The position numbers and the translations under genes were made by a program. From Ignavibacteriota bacterium (GTDB taxonomy: Bacteria; Bacteroidota; Ignavibacteria; UBA10030): a DNA stretch of 64,000 bases. Below are positions 52,527 to 61,815 of the stretch, in pieces (the stretch's first letter is position 1; the number at the start of each line of letters is the position of its first letter). The notes beneath the pieces are model-generated. The model was given only the letters and a program-made list of their open reading frames with translations. It ran no database searches and was not told the DNA's origin. Location of the stretch: contig CAVSHO010000011.1 in NCBI GenBank assembly GCA_963727825.1, positions 320,001 to 384,000 of the forward strand. The letters are read 5' to 3'.

Positions 52527-53110
52527 TTAATTTTTCCTATTTCTCTGTCTTCGAGTATGGTAGAGTGCTTGTGGCTCCTTAACACGAAATCCGATTTGAC
52601 GCTTCGGTTTTTCTAATGGAGTCATCAATTGGCGAATTGCATCAAAAACGACTTGAAAATGTTTATCATATTTCTGTTCAAGTTCATCGAGTCTTTGGAC
52701 AGGTTTTTTTGTGAGGCAAGCATTTCTCGAAGCTTTACAAATGTCCGCATAATGGCAATGTTCACTGCTATCGCACGTTCACTATGCAAAACACTCGAGA
52801 GCATTAAGATTCCATGTTCTGTAAAAGCAAAAGGTTGATATTTAATGTTTTCACCTCGTTTCAAGGTCACAATTTGTGACCTTGAACGTCCTACTAGAAC
52901 ATGATTCCACCAAGTCTCCGCTTCATCTGAGGATAATTGGAACATAAAGTCCTCGGGAAATCGTTCTATATTCCTCTTAACCGCTTGATTAAGAACCTTC
53001 GTGGAAACTCTGTATAAATCAGCGAGGTCACGATCCAGCATCACCTTTTGATTACGAATCAAATAAATATGCTGTTCAATAACTTCCGATGGAACCAAAC
53101 TATAGTTCAT
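52527..53110 (-). CDS. ORF6N-domain (KilA-N-like) DNA-binding protein; 0-frame stops at 52625, C-terminus in the -1 frame
   Basis: IRNQKVMLDRDLADLY, LNQAVKRNIERFPEDFMFQL, PFAFTEHGILMLSSVL; -1 frame gives RLDELEQKYDKHFQVVFDAIRQL...KRQIGF. Confidence 0.88.
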
Positions 53111-54387
53111 TTTTTTGAATTTGTTAAATAATGGTGCATCGCATGCGCAGCATGTTTGCCTTGCGCGACAGACTGCACAATCGTTCCTTCACCAGCAATC
53201 ATATCGCCGCCAGCAAAGACCCTATCAATAGAAGTCTGGAAATTTTCATCAACCTTGATATATCCTTTTTCTCGAGCAAATCCCTCAAGCCAATCAGCTA
53301 CAATAGATTGGCCGATGGCGACAATAATATTATCTGTGCCAATGATGAATTCAGCTCCTTTCACTTCAACCGGTATTGGACGTCCCGATTTATCTTTCTG
53401 TTTGCTTAATTTCGTGCGTCTGCATTTCACACCCTGTACTTTTGTTTTACCAATGACAGCAATTGGATTCGTAAGAAATCGAATTTCTACTCCTTTCTTG
53501 CGCGCCTCTTCCAACTCAGCTTTCCAGACACGCATCTCTTTTTCACTGCGTCGATAAATGAGGATAACATTCTCCGCACCAAGCCGTTTTGCAGTTGCCG
53601 CCGCATCCAACGACACATTGCCGCCGCCAATAATGACGACACGCCTTCCGAGTTTCATTTTCTTTGGATTTGCCTTTGCTGCTTCAAGAAATTCTAAAAC
53701 TGGCAACACCCCTTTCATCTTCTCGCCGGGAATTCCAACGGGACGGTCCTTTCCAAGTCCAACCGCAAGAAATGTAGCATCGTATAATTTCTGGATTTGT
53801 GCAAACGTTTTTCCATTTACCATTTTCCTTTTCAGAGAAAAGTATTTCAATAAAAACTTCGTATCCGATTCTAACTCTTTATCTGCAAGACGAAAAGCCG
53901 GAATGCTGTTGCGTGGCACCCCGCCAGGTTTACCTTTATCAAATACATCCACCTTGTAACCAAACTTGGAAAGCTCAAACGCACAACCGAGTCCGGATGG
54001 TCCGGCTCCAACGACAGCAACCTTTTTATTCAATTTTGGAAACAGTTTTGTTTTCGAGAACCCTTGCTTTACTTCTTCCTGTGTTGCAAAAAAATGCAGT
54101 TCGCGGATCTTGATTGGTTCATCCTGCTTGCTTCGCGTACAAACGGATTGACAAAATGTTTCCTCCGGACAAATCTTACCACAGACATTGACGAGTGCGT
54201 TGGAAGTTTTCGCGACTTCGGCTGCTCCGATAATGTTGCCGCTGCGAATCATGCTGATAAATATTGGAATTCTAATATGCGTTGGACACGCCTGCTGACA
54301 GGGCGCATCGAAACATTGGAGGCATCGTTCAGCTTCGATTTTAGCTTGTTGAGATGTCAAGGCTATATCCACTATCTTTCTCCTCAA
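53107..54387 (-). CDS. PreT/GltD-like NAD(P)-dependent Fe-S flavoprotein
   Basis: EAERCLQCFDAPC...CP, CGKICP, GAGPSG, GGGNVSLD, VFAGGD; the true start may be GTG 54372 (GAGGAG upstream). Confidence 0.85.
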   Translation of the reverse strand: MRRKIVDIALTSQQAKIEAERCLQCFDAPCQQACPTHIRIPIFISMIRSGNIIGAAEVAKTSNALVNVCGKICPEETFCQSVCTRSKQDEPIKIRELHFFATQEEVKQGFSKTKLFPKLNKKVAVVGAGPSGLGCAFELSKFGYKVDVFDKGKPGGVPRNSIPAFRLADKELESDTKFLLKYFSLKRKMVNGKTFAQIQKLYDATFLAVGLGKDRPVGIPGEKMKGVLPVLEFLEAAKANPKKMKLGRRVVIIGGGNVSLDAAATAKRLGAENVILIYRRSEKEMRVWKAELEEARKKGVEIRFLTNPIAVIGKTKVQGVKCRRTKLSKQKDKSGRPIPVEVKGAEFIIGTDNIIVAIGQSIVADWLEGFAREKGYIKVDENFQTSIDRVFAGGDMIAGEGTIVQSVAQGKHAAHAMHHYLTNSKK

Positions 54388-54395
54388 TACCTACA

Positions 54396-56336
54396 CTAAT
54401 TCCATACACGCACAGGCAACACGACCATCGAAAGCCCCTGAAATTGAAGCCTGTTCTGGATAGCATTAGCTGTTTCACTGTGAAGAATTCGTTGATACCA
54501 TTTTTGTTTCTGGAAGACGAGTTTTGCTGCAAAGAATACGGACTGTTTAAATTCATGTGATAATTCTAAACAAATTTTTTCTGCTTCTTCTACGGCTTCC
54601 GTTCCGATGGACATTCGTGCTATTGCCGGAATGCCAAGGTTTATTGCCAACTTTACGTAACGATCCAATTCATGTTTCGTGTTTTCTTCGAGACGCTCGA
54701 CTTCGCCTGCTCCTTTAAAGTTGCCTGTGTCCAAGACAGCTACGGATATAAAAACCATCTGCTTGAAGTACCCGGGAAATTGTTTAATAATATTGAGAAG
54801 CGAATGAATTCCAAGTCCGTTGTAGCTTTCAACAAGTAAGATTGCAGTCGGTCGGTTACTTTCAAGTTTTATTTCCGGCTGGACTGTAGAATTTTCAGCA
54901 GGAAGTCCTTCCAGAATATCTGATAGAGAACGAAGTTTCTTATTTACAAGACGATAATGCCGCCGGATTATAACACAAAGCAGGATTAATGCTGACGTAA
55001 CAACGACCGTCATCCATGCTCCTTCTTGGAATTTCTCAATTACAACGATCGTTAAAATTGAAAGACAGAGAACGAGTCCAGTCATATGAACAGGCAGTGA
55101 CTTTTTCCATTCCGGATGTGTTTTCCGTTCTGTGATCCAGAATTTTACCATACCGATTTCGGTGAGCGAGAATGTGAGAAATACGTTTATAGAGTACATT
55201 GTCACAAGTGCATCAATATTTCCTCCTGTGTAAAGTAGAGTAGCAATAGAAGCAGCTCCGATTAGCATGATACCATAGTGCATCGTCAATCGGTCAGACA
55301 ACGAAGCAAAACGGTGAGGTAGCCAGCGATCATTTGCCATATTTGCCATAACACGAGGACCATCGATAAATCCAGTTTGTGCAGCAACGAACAAGAGCGC
55401 AGCTTCCGAAGCAAGAACAAGCACAACAAACCATGGCCCAAAATTAAGTTTTTCTACCATCACAGCATTTAGTGTTTTTCCTGGATGTTCACTTACGCCA
55501 AGCAAAAGATAAATTAAAAGAATGGAGCCAGCGGTTATCGCAAGTGACGTCGCCATATACGCCATCGTGCGTTTGCCTGTCGGAATCCGCGGCTCGCGCA
55601 TAATTTGAATACCATTCGACACGGCTTCTATACCAGTGTATGTTCCTGCACCGCGTGAATATGCACGCGCTAAAATCACAAACATTGCCCAGAAACCGAG
55701 AGTGCTATAACTCGTATGCAGATTTTGTCCAATTTGTGATGCAATTGCAGGAGCTTCATGAAAGTGCTGAATAATTGCACCGCTAAAAAGGATGAGATGT
55801 GCAACAACAAATGTGAGAAATATCGGTACCATAAATTCAATAGACTCTTTAATTCCACGAAGATTTAGAATAACGAGAATAATGATGGCAGTAGCTTCGA
55901 CTGGCACCATCCATCTTTGCCATGAGTATGGAAGGAAACTAAAAATCTGTGCCGCCCCGGATGCAATCGAAACAGTGATTGTCAAAATGTAATCTACAAG
56001 CAATGCACTTCCGGATACAACACCAAACGGTGCACCAAGAAGTTTCGTCGCTACAACATATCCACCACCGCCACTTGGAAAATGTTCAATAATACGGCTA
56101 TATGCATAAGAAATAATAAAGACTGTTAATGCCGTGGCAATAGCAAGAATAACAGCCAGTTCTGTATGTCCAGTTAGTGCACGAAAAGCTTCATCGGGTC
56201 CATAAGCTGAGGAACTTAATCCGTCGGCTCCAAGCCCTACCCACGCCAAAAAAGCGATCAGTGAAATTTTGTGGAAGAGCTTCGGGTCATGAATATCACG
56301 GGGTTTTCCGATGAGTACTTCTTTAATATTTTTCAA
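54396..56336 (-). CDS. APC-superfamily permease (KimA/YdaO-like)
   Basis: GADGLSSSAYGPDE, GGGGYVVA, LLVDYILT, TGIEAVSNG, about 12 TMs plus cytoplasmic C-domain; TTG start with AAGGA RBS. Confidence 0.85.
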   Translation of the reverse strand: MKNIKEVLIGKPRDIHDPKLFHKISLIAFLAWVGLGADGLSSSAYGPDEAFRALTGHTELAVILAIATALTVFIISYAYSRIIEHFPSGGGGYVVATKLLGAPFGVVSGSALLVDYILTITVSIASGAAQIFSFLPYSWQRWMVPVEATAIIILVILNLRGIKESIEFMVPIFLTFVVAHLILFSGAIIQHFHEAPAIASQIGQNLHTSYSTLGFWAMFVILARAYSRGAGTYTGIEAVSNGIQIMREPRIPTGKRTMAYMATSLAITAGSILLIYLLLGVSEHPGKTLNAVMVEKLNFGPWFVVLVLASEAALLFVAAQTGFIDGPRVMANMANDRWLPHRFASLSDRLTMHYGIMLIGAASIATLLYTGGNIDALVTMYSINVFLTFSLTEIGMVKFWITERKTHPEWKKSLPVHMTGLVLCLSILTIVVIEKFQEGAWMTVVVTSALILLCVIIRRHYRLVNKKLRSLSDILEGLPAENSTVQPEIKLESNRPTAILLVESYNGLGIHSLLNIIKQFPGYFKQMVFISVAVLDTGNFKGAGEVERLEENTKHELDRYVKLAINLGIPAIARMSIGTEAVEEAEKICLELSHEFKQSVFFAAKLVFQKQKWYQRILHSETANAIQNRLQFQGLSMVVLPVRVWN

Positions 56337-56816
56337 CTACAATCCTTTCAGTGGTGGAACATTGTTGTTTTTTACAGCATCAACTATTTGCTGGTATCCG
56401 CTGCAACGGCACAAGTTGCCGGAGATAGCGGTTCGGATTTCCTCTTCCGTTGGATTCAAATTATGATCAAGCAAATCTTTTGCGCTCATTAGCATACCAG
56501 GAGTACAGAATCCACAATGTACCGCATCGTGATCCAGAAATGACTCCTGCAGCGGATGAAGTTTGTTTCCAATCGCAAGCCCTTCGACAGTCATTATTTC
56601 TTGTCCATCAATCTGCGGAGCAAGCACAAGGCACGAATTAACAGCTCTACCGTTCATCAGCACAGTGCATGCGCCGCACTCACCGATTTCACAGCCGCAC
56701 TTTGTTCCGGTCAAGCCCAACTCTTCACGTAATAACGAGAGAAGCGTGAGATTTGGTTTGATCTCGAGTTCATATTGTCTATGATTAATCGATGTATTTA
56801 TGGTTACTTTCTTCAT
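56337..56816 (-). CDS. Xanthine dehydrogenase-family [2Fe-2S] subunit
   Basis: GTKCGCEIGECGACTV, HCGFCTPG, GNLCRCSGY. Confidence 0.93.
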   Translation of the reverse strand: MKKVTINTSINHRQYELEIKPNLTLLSLLREELGLTGTKCGCEIGECGACTVLMNGRAVNSCLVLAPQIDGQEIMTVEGLAIGNKLHPLQESFLDHDAVHCGFCTPGMLMSAKDLLDHNLNPTEEEIRTAISGNLCRCSGYQQIVDAVKNNNVPPLKGL

Positions 56817-56823
56817 TTAATTC

Positions 56824-57678
56824 TCATTGGCAAGCTTCCAATGCCCTGCGAACAAGGACAGCGATAACAGGCTCTTTATATTCAGTCGACCAGCGTCTTC
56901 CGGTAAAAGAGATCATTACTTCCGAAACCTCTTGCCCTGCTTTGGCGAACAACTTGCTTGTCGGCTTTTGTCCGATCAATAATTTTTCCGCTTCCGTCAT
57001 TCGCTGCCATTTTGGGAATGCCGCGCCAGGAACAATTCGCGCTTCTTGAATAAGTCCGCTGTCATTCTTCTGCAGGATTGCCGCAACGCTCAAACGAGAA
57101 ATCGCCAGCGCATTTCTTCTTCCAAGTTTGATGAATGCGCTTTTCATCGAGTCGAGTAATTTAGGAAATCGAATCTCGGTGAGGAGCTCATTCTTTGCTG
57201 CTATAGTCTGGTAAGGCTTAACGAAGAAATCGATAATGGGAACAATACGTTTTTCTTCACCCGATTGTAATTTTACAATTGCTCCAAGTGCCATTAATGG
57301 TGGAACAGTATCTGCACAAGCGGCAGCGTTCATAATATTTCCACCAATGGTGCCGCGATTGCGAATTTGCGGAGAACCGATTACATTCGCAGCTATATGC
57401 AACAATCGCGCAAACTTTTTAATGATTGGAGATGAACCTATCTCAGTGTGTGTTGCAAGTGGTTTGATAATAATTTCGGATTCAGTTTCGATAATTCCCT
57501 TTAGCTCGTTCAAACGACTTATGTCGATGATTGCTTTGGGAGATTTGACCGATGCCTTACGCAGTTCTATCAACACATCCGTACCGCCGGCAAGAATTTG
57601 CGCGTCAATATTATAAATCGCTAGCACTTCTAATGCTTCTTGAATAGATTTTGGCAATATAAATTCAAATGGTTTCAT
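56824..57678 (-). CDS. Xanthine dehydrogenase-family FAD-binding subunit
   Basis: ILAGGTD, IGSPQIRNRGTIGGN, KLGRRNALAIS. Confidence 0.93.
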   Translation of the reverse strand: MKPFEFILPKSIQEALEVLAIYNIDAQILAGGTDVLIELRKASVKSPKAIIDISRLNELKGIIETESEIIIKPLATHTEIGSSPIIKKFARLLHIAANVIGSPQIRNRGTIGGNIMNAAACADTVPPLMALGAIVKLQSGEEKRIVPIIDFFVKPYQTIAAKNELLTEIRFPKLLDSMKSAFIKLGRRNALAISRLSVAAILQKNDSGLIQEARIVPGAAFPKWQRMTEAEKLLIGQKPTSKLFAKAGQEVSEVMISFTGRRWSTEYKEPVIAVLVRRALEACQ

Positions 57679-58160
57679 ATTTTTCTTTGCGTGTCTTAGC
57701 GTTCTTTGCGGTTAGAATAAAACCGCGAAGACGCAAAGGTACGCCAAGTTATAAGTGATTTACAACTCTTCTAATTCCATTCTTAATCAAATTGACATTG
57801 AAATTTATCAAGAATCCGAGTTTACATCCTGATAATTTTAGATAAGTTAATATTTGTGCCATATGAGCATCATTCAATATCTCTACTGATTTTATTTCAA
57901 TGATTACCTTATTCTCAATAAGCAAATCAATCCTATAACCGCAATCAAGTTTGACTTCATTGTATACAACAGGTAATGCTTTTTGTGATTCAACATATAA
58001 TCCAGCATCAATTAATTCGAACTTTAAACATGCTTCATAAGTCGATTCGAGCAATCCGGGCACTAGCGCTTTATGTACGTTGAGTGCTCGATCAACAACA
58101 ATTTTCCCAATTTCATTTTCAGTCATATTTCTTCGCGTCGTTTTGCAAACTTTGCGGTTA
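57676..58160 (-). mobile_element. Putative repeat-bracketed GxxExxY insertion cassette
   Basis: Three related 28-29 nt arms: A 57685-57713, B 57721-57748 (inverted), C 58131-58159. A and C are direct repeats, each adjoining an ATG. Mobility is inferred. Confidence 0.5.
57749..58126 (-). CDS. GxxExxY protein (PD-(D/E)XK nuclease-like fold)
   Basis: VHKALVPGLLESTYEACL, YRIDLLIENKVIIEIKSV, AQILTYLK, GFLINFN. Confidence 0.93.
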   Translation of the reverse strand: MTENEIGKIVVDRALNVHKALVPGLLESTYEACLKFELIDAGLYVESQKALPVVYNEVKLDCGYRIDLLIENKVIIEIKSVEILNDAHMAQILTYLKLSGCKLGFLINFNVNLIKNGIRRVVNHL

Positions 58161-58199
58161 TATTTAAGATTTTATTTTGAATGAATCTATTCCTTGTAT

Positions 58200-60510
58200 T
58201 TACTTTTCTTCCGAACCGCGTTTTCCGGTGCGAGTGAGTTTATGACCGAGCAGCACTCGTTCAAGGTTTGCAGGAATTTCGTATAAGCGTTTTCCAGTTG
58301 CGTTGTAAATCGCATTTACAATCGCCGGGGCTGCTATTTCATTGGTCGGCTCGCCGACCGATTTTGCTCCAAACGGTCCAGTGGAATCTTCATTCTCTAC
58401 TATAATTGCCTTGATGCGCGGCACATCCGTAGAAGTCGGAATTAAATATTCGTCAAAGTTGACCTGTTTTGGAATGCCGTCCTCGATTTCAAACTCTTCC
58501 AGTAAGCCATAACCAATCCCCATCGCTACACCACCGTAAATCTGTGCTTCTACCATTCCTTTGTTGATCGCCTTGCCAACATCGTGCACAGAAACAAAAT
58601 CGAGAACATCAACTTTGCCTGTTTCGATATCAACTTCGATTTCTGCAACATTGGCGCCATACACAAATGTAAAATATGCATCACCTTGTCCCTGCTTTTC
58701 ATCCCAAGAAGTCTTTGGCGAATGATGCCACCCAAGTCCGGTCATAGGCTTACCTTTGTTAAAGCATGCGGTTGCAAGCTCATTGAATGATGCCAGACCG
58801 CTCTTTTGTTTTTATATTGATGAGATAGTTGTCGAGAAGATCTAGATCGCTCACTGCAGCGTTTATTATTTCTGCACCGATTTCGAGCAACGTAGCACGC
58901 ACTTTTTCTGCAGCATTCTTCGCCGCTGAGCCGCCCATAATTGTTCCGCGCGATGCGACTGTTGCACCGGAATCTGCAACACGACTTGTATTTGTATTCA
59001 GAAATTGAATCCGGTCCATAGAAATACCAAGCACCTCAGCGGTAATTTGCGACATTTGCGTTTGTGCGCCTTGTCCCATATCTGTGATCCCTGAAGAGAC
59101 GATTACGCTGCCGTCTGTTTGCACGGAGACGACGGTTTCTGCCGCATCTGTTCCCTCTGCGCCAAGTGAAACCCCGCGATAGCTGCATGCAAGCCCAATT
59201 CCGCGTTGCTTTTCGTTAGTCGTTGTTTTACGATTACTTTTCCATTTTTTCTCGAAGTCACTTGCATCGACTGCTTTCGTCAATACTTCTTTCAGACTAA
59301 CATTGTGCGTTAGTTTTTGTCCTGTCGCAGTTGCCGCCCCGGATTCGAATCCATTCTTCATCCGAATCTCAATCGGATTCATTCCAACTTTTTCTGCCAA
59401 CTCATCCATCATCGATTCAATGGCAAAATTGATTTGCGGCGACCCAAATCCACGCATCGCTCCAGTGTAATTATTGTTCGTGTATGCCGCATAGACATCC
59501 GTCTTGATATTCTCACAATAGTAAGGCCCTGTTGCCTGCACAACGGACCGCCACGTAACGAATTGACTCATCGATGCATAAGCACCGCCATCAGCGATGC
59601 ATTTGATCTCCATTGCAGTGATCGAGCCGTCTTTCTTTGCGCCCCACTTATAATAGAGTACATACGGATGACGCTTGTAACTTTCTAGCATCGACTCTTC
59701 GCGCGTGTTAACCATTTTCACCGGTTTGCCGGTTTTTAGCGCAAGCAATGCAGCTCGGCAGCTGATCAATGTCATGGCTTCGTCTTTGCCGCCGAATGAA
59801 CCACCAATTGTTGACTGCACAATTTGCACTTGCGCAAGATCAAGATTCAGCATCGATGCAACTGAGCGACGAGTTGAAAAAAGATTCTGTACACAACCCG
59901 TGACTTTTATTCCGCCTTGTTCTGATGGTTCAGCAAGCACAGCTTCAGGTTCGATGTACGAATGCTCGATGAATTGAGTTTTAAATTTCCGTTCGATGAT
60001 AAAATCAGCTTCAGCAAAACCTTTCGTGACATCGCCCTTTTGAACGTGATGATGCACAAACTCATTTTTATCGTCATGAAGAACCGGTACACCCGGTTTC
60101 ATCGCTTCTTCCGGATCGCTTACGATGGGAAGCGGCTCGTATTCGACTTCGATCAGTGAGATCGCTTGTTCAGCAATTTCCTTCGATACAGCAGCAACAA
60201 TTGCAACACCATCTCCAAGATAGCGGACACGATCTTCCGCAAGAATGGCTTGATTCTTTACAACAACACCGAACACTTTCGCACCGGGGATATCCTTCGC
60301 AGTCAGCACTGCCTCAACACCCGTAAGTTTTTCTGCTTTCGAAATATCAATACGAATAATTTTAGCATGAGGATATTTCGAGCGTAGCACTTTACCAATT
60401 AATTGGTGCGTCACGTTATAATCGTCGGCATACTTCGCTTTTCCAGTGACCTTGCCCCACGCATCCACACGCCGTTCTGACTTGCCGATTATTTTCAATT
60501 CTTTGTTCAT
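58200..60510 (-). pseudogene. Xanthine dehydrogenase-family molybdopterin subunit, split by a +1 frameshift near 58780-58811
   Basis: KVTGKAKY, IGGSFGGK, AMRGFGSPQ, DMGQG and TVASR in part 1; DVGKAIN, QIYGG and GPFGAKSVGE in part 2; about 769 aa if joined. May be an assembly error. Confidence 0.85.
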
Positions 60511-60512
60511 TT

Positions 60513-61811
60513 TTACTTGTTTATTTTCTTCCACAACCTTGCAGCAACTTTCTGTGCTTTTTCCATTACTGCATTTTCATCAATTTCTACGAGCTGGCGG
60601 TTCCATACAATCCAATTACCATCGATCATCACATGCTGAACCATCGAGGAGCTCATTCCAAACAAAAAATGACCGAGAATATTTTGGCGAATAATTGGGG
60701 TCGGAGAATTGTAATCGATTACAACAAGATCCGCTGGTGAATTCTTTACAAGCATTCCAAACGAACGGCCGAAGAATTGCGAGATAAGTTTCTGCCCGTT
60801 GTTTAGCATTCTCGGTAGTCGAAAGAACTCTGCCCGATGATTAGATTCAGCATTACGGAAATAACCGAATCTTGCTTCATCAAACATATCTGCCGGAAAG
60901 CCGTCCGTGCCAAGAGCAGAATGTTCTCCATACCAATTCAAGGGCGCATAACCAACGGCATTGTTCATATTAGAACGCGGATTGTGGACTATCCACGTAC
61001 CGGCTTTTTCGATTCTGTCAAATTGTTCTTGATTTAGATGAACACCGTGGGCAAAGATAGATTTCTTTCGGAGAACACCAAGTTCAGCCAACCGGTTGAT
61101 GATATCAGTATTGTAGTTTTCCATCGAATCCAATACATCAGCTTTATCTTCAGCGATATGAATGTGAACACCACAATCATACATCGATGCCAGTTCTCCA
61201 ATTTTGCGCAATGAATCATTGCATAGTGTGAAAGATGCATGCGCACCGATTGTGCCTCGGAAACGAGCATTATTTGCATTTTCTATAACAAAGCGTTCAT
61301 TCTCTTCCAATCCAAGATCGCGCTTTTTCATTCCACCGCGATCGGTGACTTCGTAGCAAAGGACTCCGCGCAGACCAACCTTCGCCATACCGGCTTTTAT
61401 CAAGTCAAGCGAACCTCGAATATAATTCGGCGATGCGTGGTGATCAATGAGCGTCGTCGTTCCAAACTTGACAGCCTCGATTGCACCAATAAGCGCACTA
61501 TAATAGATGGATTCTTCATCCAGCGCTTCATCCAACTTCCACCACACTTTTTGAAGAATCTCAATGAAGTTCATTGGCGCTTTCTTCGGCGAGGGCATTC
61601 CGCGGGAAAGTGTAGAATAAAGATGCGTATGCGAATTTACTAATCCGGGAAGAATATATTTTCCAGAAAGATCAATAACTTCATCACTCTTCTTTGGTCG
61701 TAGATTCTTCCCGCAATCAGCAATTATACTATCGATGATGCGTATATCGGCTTCGTCGATCTTTGGCGGATCGAGATTAATAATTTCGGCATTCTTTAGG
61801 AGGAAACCCAT
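60513..61811 (-). CDS. ssnA: SsnA-family amidohydrolase
   Basis: NSHTHLYS.L.RGM, WWKLD, TTLIDHHASP, GAHASFT, HIHIAE, HNPRSNMNNAVG, LGTDG. Confidence 0.85.
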   Translation of the reverse strand: MGFLLKNAEIINLDPPKIDEADIRIIDSIIADCGKNLRPKKSDEVIDLSGKYILPGLVNSHTHLYSTLSRGMPSPKKAPMNFIEILQKVWWKLDEALDEESIYYSALIGAIEAVKFGTTTLIDHHASPNYIRGSLDLIKAGMAKVGLRGVLCYEVTDRGGMKKRDLGLEENERFVIENANNARFRGTIGAHASFTLCNDSLRKIGELASMYDCGVHIHIAEDKADVLDSMENYNTDIINRLAELGVLRKKSIFAHGVHLNQEQFDRIEKAGTWIVHNPRSNMNNAVGYAPLNWYGEHSALGTDGFPADMFDEARFGYFRNAESNHRAEFFRLPRMLNNGQKLISQFFGRSFGMLVKNSPADLVVIDYNSPTPIIRQNILGHFLFGMSSSMVQHVMIDGNWIVWNRQLVEIDENAVMEKAQKVAARLWKKINK

Positions 61812-61815
61812 TTTT

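Noticed and set aside
57685-58159. Repeat arms considered as a CRISPR array or IS terminal repeats
   Set aside because: Only three degenerate arms in mixed orientation, with no regular spacers, cas genes or transposase.
58780-58782. TGA stops ending the split xdh, PLP and mutS ORFs, considered as selenocysteine or stop-codon reassignment
   Set aside because: Homology continues in a different frame, not past the TGA in frame, and TGA ends many intact genes here.
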